Shown one piece after another: positions 36,137-45,909 of a stretch of DNA of 56,058 nucleotides (its first letter is position 1; every line of letters begins with the position of its first letter). Both the position numbers and the translations under genes were made by a program. Below the pieces are notes generated by a model. The model made no database searches. It saw nothing but the letters and a program-made list of their open reading frames with translations, and had not been told where the DNA came from. The DNA lies in IMG/VR virus record IMGVR_UViG_3300030330_000815, positions 1 through 56,058 of that record. The stretch is one strand, 5' to 3'. The stretch comes from a virus. Lineage: Duplodnaviria > Caudoviricetes.

Positions 36137-38444
36137 TCAGTATCTCCGTGTAATGAGGTTTAATGTATCCGTTAGATACTCGGTCTTTCCATATAGCGTT
36201 TACTAGTCCACCACAATGCATGTTCAGCGTCATGTCCACTGATTTATTATCAAGCATTTGTTCCATGTCCTGAGCCATCGCTAGCAACTCACCCGTGACC
36301 CAGAACTTCTCTTTCTCTTCTCCAATGCCAACCTTAATCCATTTAGGACTGCCGCTTTCAAGAAGCTCTTCCTTGTCTTCAGGCTCTCCTTCAATACAGG
36401 CATCAAAGCCGAACAGATCAAAGTTACGAAAACCAAGAACATGAAACAAACCGATAGCTCTGGTAGCTGCACACGTTCCACCTGCAATCAACATAGTATC
36501 TCTGAGAAGCGGCCAATTCTGAATAGCCTGAGAGAACGCATCCCAACCGTAAACATTGTCAGTCTTACTTAGAATGTAATCAACAGCAGTGACATCCGTC
36601 ATCGACGCAACAAAGAACTTTGTCTTTTCAGGAATATTCTTGAAGAGATCACGCCTCTTTACGCCGTGCGTAGATACCCCGTCAATCGGTCTAGGATCGA
36701 GCACAATGCACCCCCAAGGGATGATGCCCTTTTTGACCAGCACCGGAAGAGAGTGCTTAACACAGACCACCTTAGAACGCTTTTCAGCCACTATCTGTTT
36801 TAGCTTATCTATATTCTTTTTAAGAGAGGGACCACCAGAAACAATACACATATGCTCGTTGTTTGGAGCACCTGCTTGCTTGACCCATCTTTTTATTTTA
36901 TTTTTATTAGCTGTAATACTCTCCTGAATATATTCATCAGGCATTGAATCGTGAGGCGTTACCTTGATGGGAGTACGGTTCTGTACAGGAGAAAGCGTCA
37001 TCTCAGGAAGATCAGGCAGCTTGTCAGTATGAAGAACAGCTACAAGATTAGTGATACCGCCGCCCAGAACTCTATCGTTTGATGTCAGAATTTTCTTTCG
37101 TGCGGCGTCATCTATGAGATTGTCATATACGTGGTTTGTGCCACACATTTCTAAATCAACTTCTTTACCCTCTTCATCGGCAGTAAAGTAGTCATCAATG
37201 ATCACAAACGGAACATGCTTCAGCATTTCATAGTCTGAAGAACACGTCTGTATGCTGTGACCTCCATCGATGTAAGCAAAGTCAGGGTGAATATTATGAG
37301 TATTGCTAAAGTCTGTGTCGTGTATCAGCTTTAGAGTTTCTTTTGAATCTCCTGCATACAGACAAAAAGTAAAAGTCTTACCATCTTCTTTTGCCTTTTT
37401 AGCAAACTCAGTTAGCTTTTCTTCAACCTGTTCTTTAGTGTGATGTGCTTTCGTATTAAGTTCTGCTTTATCCGTTTCTTCTGTGGCATAATCAAACAGA
37501 TCAAAACCAGTGTAGTGAACAACATCCGATTTAGCGAACGCTGCAGATGCCATTTGTATAGCTCTATCACCATTCCACGTTCCTACTTCAAGAAGATTTT
37601 TTCTTTCATAAAAGGCAACAAGAGAATTAATATAAGCATATCGCTGCGGACCCACTGGCATCGCAGGTATCTGATTTGCTTGGTCTTGTTTATTATACTT
37701 TAGATTACCCTTCTTGTGCTCCAAAAACTTACCAAGCTCGCTGGTAGCAAAAGCATTTAGATCAGTGCAATCAGGCGACATGTTGTAAACATTCAAGCCA
37801 TGCTCTTCATGAATGTTCAACAAGCGCGTAAAGACAAAGCCATCGTGCCACTCTCTGTATCCAAACACTTCATGGCTCGTGTACATTCCACGAAAGTCAG
37901 ATAGAAACTCAAGAGTACGAGTAGAGTTTAGATTGAAGGACAGAAAAGAAGTTTCACTGTAGTCGATAGCAGTGCGGCCTAGATGTACGACTTCTGCTTC
38001 TTCGTTAGGTGCAGCAAAGTTTACGATGTCCGACCAACTCATGTAATCTTTTGATACAGTATCTGCATCTAGCCATACGAGATAACCACCCTCATTTTCA
38101 AGGCCCATCTTTTCATTAGCAAATGCTGAGTTTGTAATAGCAAAAACCTTGTGACAAAACTTTATCACGTCCATACGGTAGTTGTAGCCACCGTTAGGTT
38201 CTTTACCGTTATACTCAGCATTATCGTTCTTAAAAGTTGTGAGGTCTTCATCACTGTCTAAGGAAAAGTAAGAAACGTTTGGTGCATCAGGAGCGTCTTC
38301 AGGCAGTTCTCCGTTATGATAGTAAAGCCGAAGCTCTATAGTGCTTTCCCATTTGTCTATAAAGCTTTCAACAAAATTCTTAGCGTAAACTTCCCAATCT
38401 TTTACGTGAAAGCTAGAAACAATAGTAACTTTTTTCGATGTCAT
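36129..38444 (-). CDS. Glycosyltransferase + SAM methyltransferase + Maf/DUF115 (MptE-like) fusion
   Basis: GT-A: KF.HKVFA, WLDAD, EWHD..VF, H.KG; MTase: LEVGTWNG, GFDLF, GDS, IDGGHS, DDY; DUF115: IVSGGPSL, GI.P....LDP, LGFR...LFGFD. Confidence 0.85.
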   Translation of the reverse strand: MTSKKVTIVSSFHVKDWEVYAKNFVESFIDKWESTIELRLYYHNGELPEDAPDAPNVSYFSLDSDEDLTTFKNDNAEYNGKEPNGGYNYRMDVIKFCHKVFAITNSAFANEKMGLENEGGYLVWLDADTVSKDYMSWSDIVNFAAPNEEAEVVHLGRTAIDYSETSFLSFNLNSTRTLEFLSDFRGMYTSHEVFGYREWHDGFVFTRLLNIHEEHGLNVYNMSPDCTDLNAFATSELGKFLEHKKGNLKYNKQDQANQIPAMPVGPQRYAYINSLVAFYERKNLLEVGTWNGDRAIQMASAAFAKSDVVHYTGFDLFDYATEETDKAELNTKAHHTKEQVEEKLTEFAKKAKEDGKTFTFCLYAGDSKETLKLIHDTDFSNTHNIHPDFAYIDGGHSIQTCSSDYEMLKHVPFVIIDDYFTADEEGKEVDLEMCGTNHVYDNLIDDAARKKILTSNDRVLGGGITNLVAVLHTDKLPDLPEMTLSPVQNRTPIKVTPHDSMPDEYIQESITANKNKIKRWVKQAGAPNNEHMCIVSGGPSLKKNIDKLKQIVAEKRSKVVCVKHSLPVLVKKGIIPWGCIVLDPRPIDGVSTHGVKRRDLFKNIPEKTKFFVASMTDVTAVDYILSKTDNVYGWDAFSQAIQNWPLLRDTMLIAGGTCAATRAIGLFHVLGFRNFDLFGFDACIEGEPEDKEELLESGSPKWIKVGIGEEKEKFWVTGELLAMAQDMEQMLDNKSVDMTLNMHCGGLVNAIWKDRVSNGYIKPHYTEILNV

Positions 38445-38445
38445 C

Positions 38446-39243
38446 TTATAAGCTGCCCTTAGAAGAGATAATGCTTGTCTTTAAGTACAAAGCATCTTTG
38501 TAGTTTTTAAACCATTCGTCGGCAAATGGAACTTCTTTGTATTCAGGAAACCAAGGACCGCCCTCAGAAAAGTGAACAGCTTTGATGTTGACGCCTTCTT
38601 GTTCTGCTTTCTCGGTATTAACAGAGATGCCCGGAATAAAGTTCCATCCTTCGTTTATCTCACCAATCTCCTCATCTTTCAACCAACTGAAAGAGTGTAG
38701 ACTAGCACCCGTAGCTTGATTAGTTTTAATAGGATCAAGGATAGGTTTATTGGACGGATGTCCTACGTTCCACAAGACAAAAGAAGACCAGAGCTTTCTT
38801 GGATAAGCACTCTGAACCATGCCATCCATCTTCTTTTTATTTTTTTTAGGAGTGAAATCAAACTTGACACACATTGCTGCGTACTTATCGTCAACCTGTT
38901 CGAACAGGCTATTGAGCGGTGCTCTGAACATGAAGTCACAGTCGCAGAAAAGAATCCAACCATCTTCTGCGCAATGATATTTAGCCATGTAGGGAGCTAG
39001 AAAACGAGAGTGAGAAAACTCTGTAGAAAAAGGCTTACCATCTTCTTCGTCCCAGTACTGACCATCCTCATCGATGAGCCACCTACGAGAAAACCAGTTG
39101 TAACGACGAAGCATTCTATGATCTAGTTTATAAACTCCGACATCTACACCGTTATACTTTTTTAAAGTAAACTCACAGACATCGTAGGCTTCTTGTTCAC
39201 GAGAGTCATAGCCCACATACACACTATACTTTGGCAGTGACAT
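38446..39243 (-). CDS. Glycosyltransferase (GT-A fold, GT8-like)
   Basis: VGYD.RE, STEFS.SRFL.P, F.DCD, YPRK.WSS, WN, HF..GGPW. Confidence 0.85.
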   Translation of the reverse strand: MSLPKYSVYVGYDSREQEAYDVCEFTLKKYNGVDVGVYKLDHRMLRRYNWFSRRWLIDEDGQYWDEEDGKPFSTEFSHSRFLAPYMAKYHCAEDGWILFCDCDFMFRAPLNSLFEQVDDKYAAMCVKFDFTPKKNKKKMDGMVQSAYPRKLWSSFVLWNVGHPSNKPILDPIKTNQATGASLHSFSWLKDEEIGEINEGWNFIPGISVNTEKAEQEGVNIKAVHFSEGGPWFPEYKEVPFADEWFKNYKDALYLKTSIISSKGSL

Positions 39244-39276
39244 AATAAAACTAACCCTATAGAAGGAAATACTCCT

Positions 39277-39305
39277 TTTATATAGTCAATTTATATCAGT
39301 GTCAA
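39277..39305 (-). promoter_or_regulatory. Putative sigma70 promoter for glycosyltransferase operon
   Basis: TTGACA-N17-TATAAA in intergenic gap. Confidence 0.5.
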
Positions 39306-39309
39306 TATC

Positions 39310-42300
39310 TTATTCGCTGTATGCTGCTTCTCCAAGAATACGAGTAAGCAGTTCAGGACGCACTGCTTTTGGAACACGGGGTCCGGTACTGTAGCCAAAT
39401 GGTTCCATTGCTCGCATCACTCGGTTCATCGGCGTTTTCGGATTAATTCGATACTGACGAGAAGGCTCCATAATATTATCAAAGTCATGCTGCATAGTGT
39501 GCAGAAAGTCTGTGTAATATTTAGCTAGGAAGTTAGCGGCGGAGTCACCGTCGCCTCTTTGAGCGGCTGCTAGATAAGCACCTAGATTTTTAGACATTCT
39601 ATTTGTGTAAACATCTTTGCCTACCTTAGAACGATAAGACAGATAGTTCTCAAGACCTCTTCTTTCTCTAGCACGGGATACAGTAGTAGGCGTAAATCCA
39701 AATGTTTTCATAAGACGTTCTGTTCTAGACAGAGAATCTGCAGGTAATAGCTGCTGTCCTCTTGCCGTAAACGTACCCACTGATGGTTCTTTTACTAGAG
39801 CATCGTAAGCATTACGTGCAGCGATAGGCATTACGCCAACAGCAGCGCCAAGAAGATCACCATTGTTGTAAGCTTCCTTTGTTCCCTTTACCATGTCTAC
39901 TGCACGAGAAATAGCAGGACCAGCAAAGTCAACAGGATCGCCACCCATTAACAATCGTATTGGAGCAACATCACCGTAACCAGTACGACGCGATACGTCT
40001 GCACCCAGCATTCTAGGAATACCGCGAAGAAGCGCATCAGTTGCCGTATATCCCATTGTTTCGCCAAGAGTTACCCGAAGCTCTTCTTCAAAGTCTTCTC
40101 CGACCTGATCACCAAACTGCTCTGTAAAGAACTTGATAAGCTCTTTTAGATTTTCCATAAACGGAAGACCCATAGCACCGCCAAACGCCATCATAGAAAG
40201 CGTCATGGCTGCTAACTGCTTCATAGCTATCTTACGTGCAGCAGGGCGAAGAGGCTCTGGAATAGCATCCATACGTCCATTCAGAGACTTGAAGAGCGCG
40301 TCACCGTACATTCCAACCATCTGATACAGGAAGCTTTGAAACTGAGTTACAACACTCATAACTGGACCCTGCATAATAGCAGGACGGTTCTCTTGGCCCA
40401 TGAAGAACTGTGTCTTTTCGACACCCATTGTTCCCATCAGTTTAGCAAAGTCTTCAGTGTCTAACCCAGAGACATCCTGATCACCAAAGCGAGTGCCGCT
40501 TACGAATGCTTCAAAGTTCTTACGGTTCTTGGGGTCTTTAGCAGCACGATAGAAAGCGAGAGCCGCTGCAATACGGTTAGTGTTTTCGACAACACCAAAA
40601 GCATAGCCAGAAGCGTTAAGCACAGGAGCAACACCACGCCTGACATCTAGCTCTTGAAGACGAGCCGCGCCCAAGTCAATGTTCTGAATCGGCTGAATAA
40701 CACCAGTTCTAAATAGCTCTGCCAGATACCTGTATTCTTCTTCTGTAACAGAGTCAGGTTTTTTATCCATGTCTACTTCGACGCTGACCGTACCATCAGG
40801 AGCCGTCGTAGTTTTAAAGAACGAGAAGCCGTACTCACCTACTGAAGGTTTGTCTTTTGATCCAAGCATCTTGCCGTACAAAGCAGATGAATCTTTTAGA
40901 GCTTTCGCAACATACACACCGCCGCTACCCAATCCGGTAATAGCACCTAGAACAGGATAGGTAGCTTGGAAAGTCTGCGTCAAGTTGACTAGAGCAGATG
41001 AAACATTAAAGCCAAGGAACATATGGAAAGCAAAGGCACGAGCCATAGGAGCTTCGTTTCTTGGATTATTTACATAATCATATATTTCTTTAGCTCTATC
41101 ATGATACTTAGGTTGAGTACCTCTAGCAGCTTCTAGATCAGTCAAGCTTCCAAAAAGTTCAGGCTCTGTAAACAAAGAAGAGGCAGTGTTTGCTGTAGTA
41201 TCGATAGACCTAACAAAAGAATCAAGAAGATAGGCACCATCGTTATTTCTTGAATTGATGTAACCCGGAATATTCTGCCGTGGCTGTATCAATCTATTAA
41301 TACGCTTTTTAAAAAGACCATTAGCAATTTCATCTATAAGCGTACTAGCATCGTCTGAAGTAGTTCCTGCTTTTCTCAAAGCTATTTCTTCAAGAATGTT
41401 TAAGGACTCAAGCAGTGCAGCCTGTTCTTCTGGTTTAAGTCCTCTAAATGTTTTCTTATTTTTATCGTATTCAATTTTAAATGGATCACTTACAGTCATG
41501 CCCGGATACTGAGCCTGTAGTTCTAAACGAATTTCGTTCAGCCTTTCCTTTTTTCTTGAGCCAAAGCGATCTAAGAAAGTAGAAGAAACAGTTTCAAAGT
41601 ATACAACATCACCGTCTTTATTTCTTACTATGATACCAGTATCGCCATAACGATAGTTAGGAAAATAACCGTCTTTTCTGCTTGCTAATAGCTCTTGAAC
41701 AAGTTGAATAGCATCATTTAATTTTTCAAATTTTTCAGGTTTAGCTAAATACTCTTCTTTTAGCCCCGGAAATGCTGCTTTCTTTTCTTCTATCGTTGCG
41801 TTTTTAAAACTATCTTTTATTCTAATATAAGAACTTCCGTCGTCTTCTTTAACTCTTTCTAAGAATGGATTATTATCTACATCTAAAAACTTGCGAAGAT
41901 CAGCAATTACATTGTTGTAATCAGCGGGTTGTCCAGCATCATCTACAGTTCGAATGATGTCAGCAAGACCAGACTCTTTCAGTTCTCTGCCGTTTATGAA
42001 AGAGTGAAGAATGGAGGTAAACAAATTATTACTAAGAAAATTACTAGTAGAACGTACACCAGCTACAGCATTAGCAACTTCAGGCTGACCTGACAGGGTA
42101 AACGTAACTCCTTCTTCTCTTTTCTGTATTGAAACTGTTGATGGATCAACGCCAAGCATAGACAAAAATCTATCTTCTGTTCCGTATTCAGCTTCTATTC
42201 CATCATATCTTGTTTGTGGTATAGAAACTTCAACAGTTCCATTTTCAATGTCTATCGTTGGCTCAACTTCACCATTATTAGCAAGCTGAATCATTACAGA

Positions 42301-45300
42301 CGTTAGCTGTCGTTGATCACGATTAAGAGCACGTAAAGGTTCTGCACCTATCTTAACTGATGCACCTTTAATAATGTTACGTATCTGTACACGTTTCTGA
42401 AGCGTGTTATAGAAAGCACGAAACAGTGGATTCTTCTGCGCTAGATCAGAGGGATGAGAAATAAGACGACCCATGAAACCAAGATCACGCAAGGAGTTGT
42501 TAAAGAACCCATCTTTAAATGGATTAGCAACGCCACCAAAGCCCGGAGTTCTCTTGATAGGAGCACCTACCAGTGCTTCATAGTTAGGCGCAGCATTTAT
42601 ACCTGCGTACTTTTTCAGAGCCTGATCATCCAAACGTCCTGCTTGTCTTGCTAGCTCACCACTATCAAAGTCTTCAAAGAGTTTTTTAACCTGTTCAATC
42701 TCTGATGTAGCATCTAGGTCAACTATCTTCTTAATAAAGCCTTCGCCCCGCGCCCAGCTAGACACTGCATCAAAGAAATCTTTAAGTGTTTTTAGCCGCC
42801 GTCTAACCGGAGCTTGCATTCCTTTGATTGGAACACCCGCTGCCCACAGAGAAAAGATTTGAGCCTGTGCCTCTTCCAAACGATGCTCTGGAGAATAAGC
42901 GTCAAACCACTCTTTTGATACTCCATTTCTGATAGCAAACTCAGGCGTGATAACTCTGTCGAGCAACGCCTGATCATCCTGAGTAAGAACTAAACGCTTA
43001 CCAGCATGAAACGCTTCATGATAAGTAACACCAAGAAGCCTTGAATAATCATTAAAGCTTTCAGGAAAACCGTGTTCGCTGGTGGGAAGACTTGTTGTCT
43101 GAATAGCTATTCTTGTTGGAACACCTTGACGACCATCATAATCTCCACCAACTTCTACATAACCATATGGAGTTTTTACAAAAGGCTGTTCACCTTCTTT
43201 ATCAAATCTAATAGTAGCAGCGCCTAAAGTATTTCTAGCTAGATACTTATTAGCTTCTTGACCTATGTAGATAGCTATCTCTTCTGCACGATCCGCTCTT
43301 ATTGGTCCTACCATTCTAAGAATAGCGTTCTTTAAGTTTTGTATAGCAGCACTATCGACAACGCCATCTGTAGCCGTCTTTTGATCTGTAATCATAACAT
43401 TCTCAAAAGACGTTACATCTTTAATGTTACCATCTCCAAGATACTGACCAACTTCTCCTTTTGCATATGCATCTAGAAAGTTTTTAAATTCTTTGGCGTA
43501 AGGTTTAGCTCTTGCCCTTGAATAACCGCTTAACAAGTTTGATCCATCAGCATCAACCAACACACCAGAGTTTGTCAATGCTGCAACATTTACTCTTCCG
43601 TCTGGTCTTCTGAAACTTTCTATTGCAGCTTCAAAATCTTGAGCGCCTTCCTGATCTGATCCAAACACACCAACAATTCTAGCAAAGTCTTTTTTGATAT
43701 CTCTAATGGTTTGCTGTGCTGCTGCATTAGGTTGTTTTTCTTGAGCAGGTAGCTTGTTAGGATCAGTAGTCGTTCCAGTGGGAGAAGGTGTTACTTCTTG
43801 TGCTGCATCAGGTTCACCTTCAGTAGTCGTTCCAGTGGCAGGAGGTGTTACTTCTTCTGTTACATCAGGTTCTACTACAACCTCTTCTTCAGGTTCTGCT
43901 TCAGGTTCTGCTTCAGGTTCTGCTTCAGGTTCTGCTTCAGGTGCTGCTTCAGGTGCTACTTCAGGTGCTACTTCAGGTGCTGCTTCAGGTTCTGCTTCAG
44001 GTTCTGCTTCAGGTGCTGCTTCAGGTTGTTTTTTAGGGTCTGCTTTTTTTACAGCTTCTTCTTTGGGTATTAGCTTTCTAACATTATTTACTGCTTCATT
44101 AGCAAAAACAGTATTACGCTCACGAATAGCTTTCATGATACGTGCGTTAGAGATGCCCGCCTTACGCGCCTCTCTAATAGAAGACAAAAGATTATAACGT
44201 ACTTGCAGTCTTTGATTAGCGTCTAGTGAAGGATCATTTTCTACTGCATTGACTGCTTCATTCTGATTTGCTTCACCAAACTGATAGCCTGTCCTTAGTC
44301 GAATGCGTTCAGCAACTTCACCGCGAGAAGCTTTTCCTTCTGCTTCTTGAACGTAAGCTTCTTCAACAAATGCACCAAGTTGACCAACACCCTGCGGACC
44401 TGCTTTGTCGTAAACAGCTTCTATCTCTTCAAAGGTAAACTCTGCACCTGTGTCAGGATTTTGAGTAACACTAAGAAGATCACGAGCATCACGTTCATAT
44501 TTAGTTGCTGGATTTCTTACATGACGTTCATAAACTTCAGACAGTTCTGAGCTTGTCATCTTGTTTAGCTGGTTCTGATCGTACATGGGAGTACCATCTT
44601 CCAGCTTTTGATCCATCAGATAAGCTAGAACTTCAGGACCGCCATAGACATTTTCCATGACTGACGTTGTTACAAGTTCATTAGCTCTCTGAACACGCGC
44701 AGTAGCATCGTTTATAACTGCTTGATACTGGTCTGCTAGTTGCTGATTACCTTCATCTAAAGCTTGAGCTTGTGCTGCTTCAGCCTGTTCTAAAGTTGTA
44801 ACATCCGCCTCTACTTGCTTTCGTACATTTTTATATTCTTCAGAGTTTGTGTACTCGTCAAACTTTTTACGAACACGACGCGCTTTACGAAGCCCAAAGC
44901 TTTCAATGATACCTGCAAGAGTTCCACCAGCAGCACCACCATACAGACCTTCTTCCATGATCGCAGGATCAAGAAGTTCTCTATCTGGATTATAAACATA
45001 TTTTTCAATAGCATTTTGAGCTATAGCAGCTACCGCTTCTTGAGAACCTTCAAGTCCAGCAGTCTTTGCTATACGAACTCCAAATTCTTTAAACGGTTTA
45101 TCTGAAATACCTAAGTTAGCTGCCAAGTCTCCACGCTGTGCTTGCTTTGTTCCTATTTTTTGAACTGCGCTTTCTAAAGTATTTGTAAGTTCTGTCTTAC
45201 CACCGTATATCTTTTTGATACGATTGATTGCTTTGATAGGAGCAAGTACTTCAGTCAGACCAACACCAGCGCCAAACAATGTAGCTTGAGTAAGCTGTTC

Positions 45301-45906
45301 ATCACTAGCACCAGCTTCTTTAGCACGTTCAAAAGCTTCATCTGCACCAGAACCAGCAGCAAGAGATGCCGCAAAACCAAGAGAAGCCCCGCCACTAATC
45401 GGAGCCGCTATTATTGCGGGAGCAGCAAAGCCTAAAATAGAACCAAAAGCATTGGCAAATTTAAAGAGAGTTTCTTTATCTTTAGACGCTTTTATCTCTT
45501 GAGCGCCTTGTTTAAGAGCATCACCGGCTTGACTAACCCAACCGTCATCATCTCCAGTAGGGTCCAATCCAACACGTTCTGCAATGCGCTCAATACCAGT
45601 CAAGCCAGAGCCAACAGCGTACTGTGCGCCAGAGCGTAGTCCAGCAAGTATCTCACCTAGATAAGTACGATCTTGATCACTTACTTGTGCAGCTTCTTGA
45701 GAGGCAGGAGTAAACTTAGGAGGAGTAAGTCCACCTCTTTCCATTTCAGACAAAAGATTATTAATGCCTATTAGCTCTTGATCTATAGCCTGAAAAGTAG
45801 GGTCTTGTAGATTAGCTAAAGCAATAGCATCTTGAACCTGTTGAGTATTGTACTCATCAGGTATCTCTAGCTGGCCTAACCCCTGTAACTGAACAAGTGT
45901 CGGCAT
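39310..45906 (-). CDS. Large internal virion / ejection protein (polyvalent-protein-like)
   Basis: 2198 aa, last of the ejection-gene block; HEAFH..EEAQA zincin-like motif; GYFPNYRYGD resembling PLxRFG domain; PEAE repeats. Confidence 0.75.
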   Translation of the reverse strand: MPTLVQLQGLGQLEIPDEYNTQQVQDAIALANLQDPTFQAIDQELIGINNLLSEMERGGLTPPKFTPASQEAAQVSDQDRTYLGEILAGLRSGAQYAVGSGLTGIERIAERVGLDPTGDDDGWVSQAGDALKQGAQEIKASKDKETLFKFANAFGSILGFAAPAIIAAPISGGASLGFAASLAAGSGADEAFERAKEAGASDEQLTQATLFGAGVGLTEVLAPIKAINRIKKIYGGKTELTNTLESAVQKIGTKQAQRGDLAANLGISDKPFKEFGVRIAKTAGLEGSQEAVAAIAQNAIEKYVYNPDRELLDPAIMEEGLYGGAAGGTLAGIIESFGLRKARRVRKKFDEYTNSEEYKNVRKQVEADVTTLEQAEAAQAQALDEGNQQLADQYQAVINDATARVQRANELVTTSVMENVYGGPEVLAYLMDQKLEDGTPMYDQNQLNKMTSSELSEVYERHVRNPATKYERDARDLLSVTQNPDTGAEFTFEEIEAVYDKAGPQGVGQLGAFVEEAYVQEAEGKASRGEVAERIRLRTGYQFGEANQNEAVNAVENDPSLDANQRLQVRYNLLSSIREARKAGISNARIMKAIRERNTVFANEAVNNVRKLIPKEEAVKKADPKKQPEAAPEAEPEAEPEAAPEVAPEVAPEAAPEAEPEAEPEAEPEAEPEEEVVVEPDVTEEVTPPATGTTTEGEPDAAQEVTPSPTGTTTDPNKLPAQEKQPNAAAQQTIRDIKKDFARIVGVFGSDQEGAQDFEAAIESFRRPDGRVNVAALTNSGVLVDADGSNLLSGYSRARAKPYAKEFKNFLDAYAKGEVGQYLGDGNIKDVTSFENVMITDQKTATDGVVDSAAIQNLKNAILRMVGPIRADRAEEIAIYIGQEANKYLARNTLGAATIRFDKEGEQPFVKTPYGYVEVGGDYDGRQGVPTRIAIQTTSLPTSEHGFPESFNDYSRLLGVTYHEAFHAGKRLVLTQDDQALLDRVITPEFAIRNGVSKEWFDAYSPEHRLEEAQAQIFSLWAAGVPIKGMQAPVRRRLKTLKDFFDAVSSWARGEGFIKKIVDLDATSEIEQVKKLFEDFDSGELARQAGRLDDQALKKYAGINAAPNYEALVGAPIKRTPGFGGVANPFKDGFFNNSLRDLGFMGRLISHPSDLAQKNPLFRAFYNTLQKRVQIRNIIKGASVKIGAEPLRALNRDQRQLTSVMIQLANNGEVEPTIDIENGTVEVSIPQTRYDGIEAEYGTEDRFLSMLGVDPSTVSIQKREEGVTFTLSGQPEVANAVAGVRSTSNFLSNNLFTSILHSFINGRELKESGLADIIRTVDDAGQPADYNNVIADLRKFLDVDNNPFLERVKEDDGSSYIRIKDSFKNATIEEKKAAFPGLKEEYLAKPEKFEKLNDAIQLVQELLASRKDGYFPNYRYGDTGIIVRNKDGDVVYFETVSSTFLDRFGSRKKERLNEIRLELQAQYPGMTVSDPFKIEYDKNKKTFRGLKPEEQAALLESLNILEEIALRKAGTTSDDASTLIDEIANGLFKKRINRLIQPRQNIPGYINSRNNDGAYLLDSFVRSIDTTANTASSLFTEPELFGSLTDLEAARGTQPKYHDRAKEIYDYVNNPRNEAPMARAFAFHMFLGFNVSSALVNLTQTFQATYPVLGAITGLGSGGVYVAKALKDSSALYGKMLGSKDKPSVGEYGFSFFKTTTAPDGTVSVEVDMDKKPDSVTEEEYRYLAELFRTGVIQPIQNIDLGAARLQELDVRRGVAPVLNASGYAFGVVENTNRIAAALAFYRAAKDPKNRKNFEAFVSGTRFGDQDVSGLDTEDFAKLMGTMGVEKTQFFMGQENRPAIMQGPVMSVVTQFQSFLYQMVGMYGDALFKSLNGRMDAIPEPLRPAARKIAMKQLAAMTLSMMAFGGAMGLPFMENLKELIKFFTEQFGDQVGEDFEEELRVTLGETMGYTATDALLRGIPRMLGADVSRRTGYGDVAPIRLLMGGDPVDFAGPAISRAVDMVKGTKEAYNNGDLLGAAVGVMPIAARNAYDALVKEPSVGTFTARGQQLLPADSLSRTERLMKTFGFTPTTVSRARERRGLENYLSYRSKVGKDVYTNRMSKNLGAYLAAAQRGDGDSAANFLAKYYTDFLHTMQHDFDNIMEPSRQYRINPKTPMNRVMRAMEPFGYSTGPRVPKAVRPELLTRILGEAAYSE
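43882..44025 (-). repeat. 12-bp tandem repeat, 12 units, encoding PEAE/PEAA/PEVA linker
   Basis: Units CCTGAAGCAG(A/C)A and variants. Confidence 0.95.
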
Positions 45907-45909
45907 TCT

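Noticed and set aside
43754-44197. Plus-strand ORFs with SGSA, FRFC and LLQV repeats
   Set aside because: Antisense readings of the 12-bp PEAE repeat.
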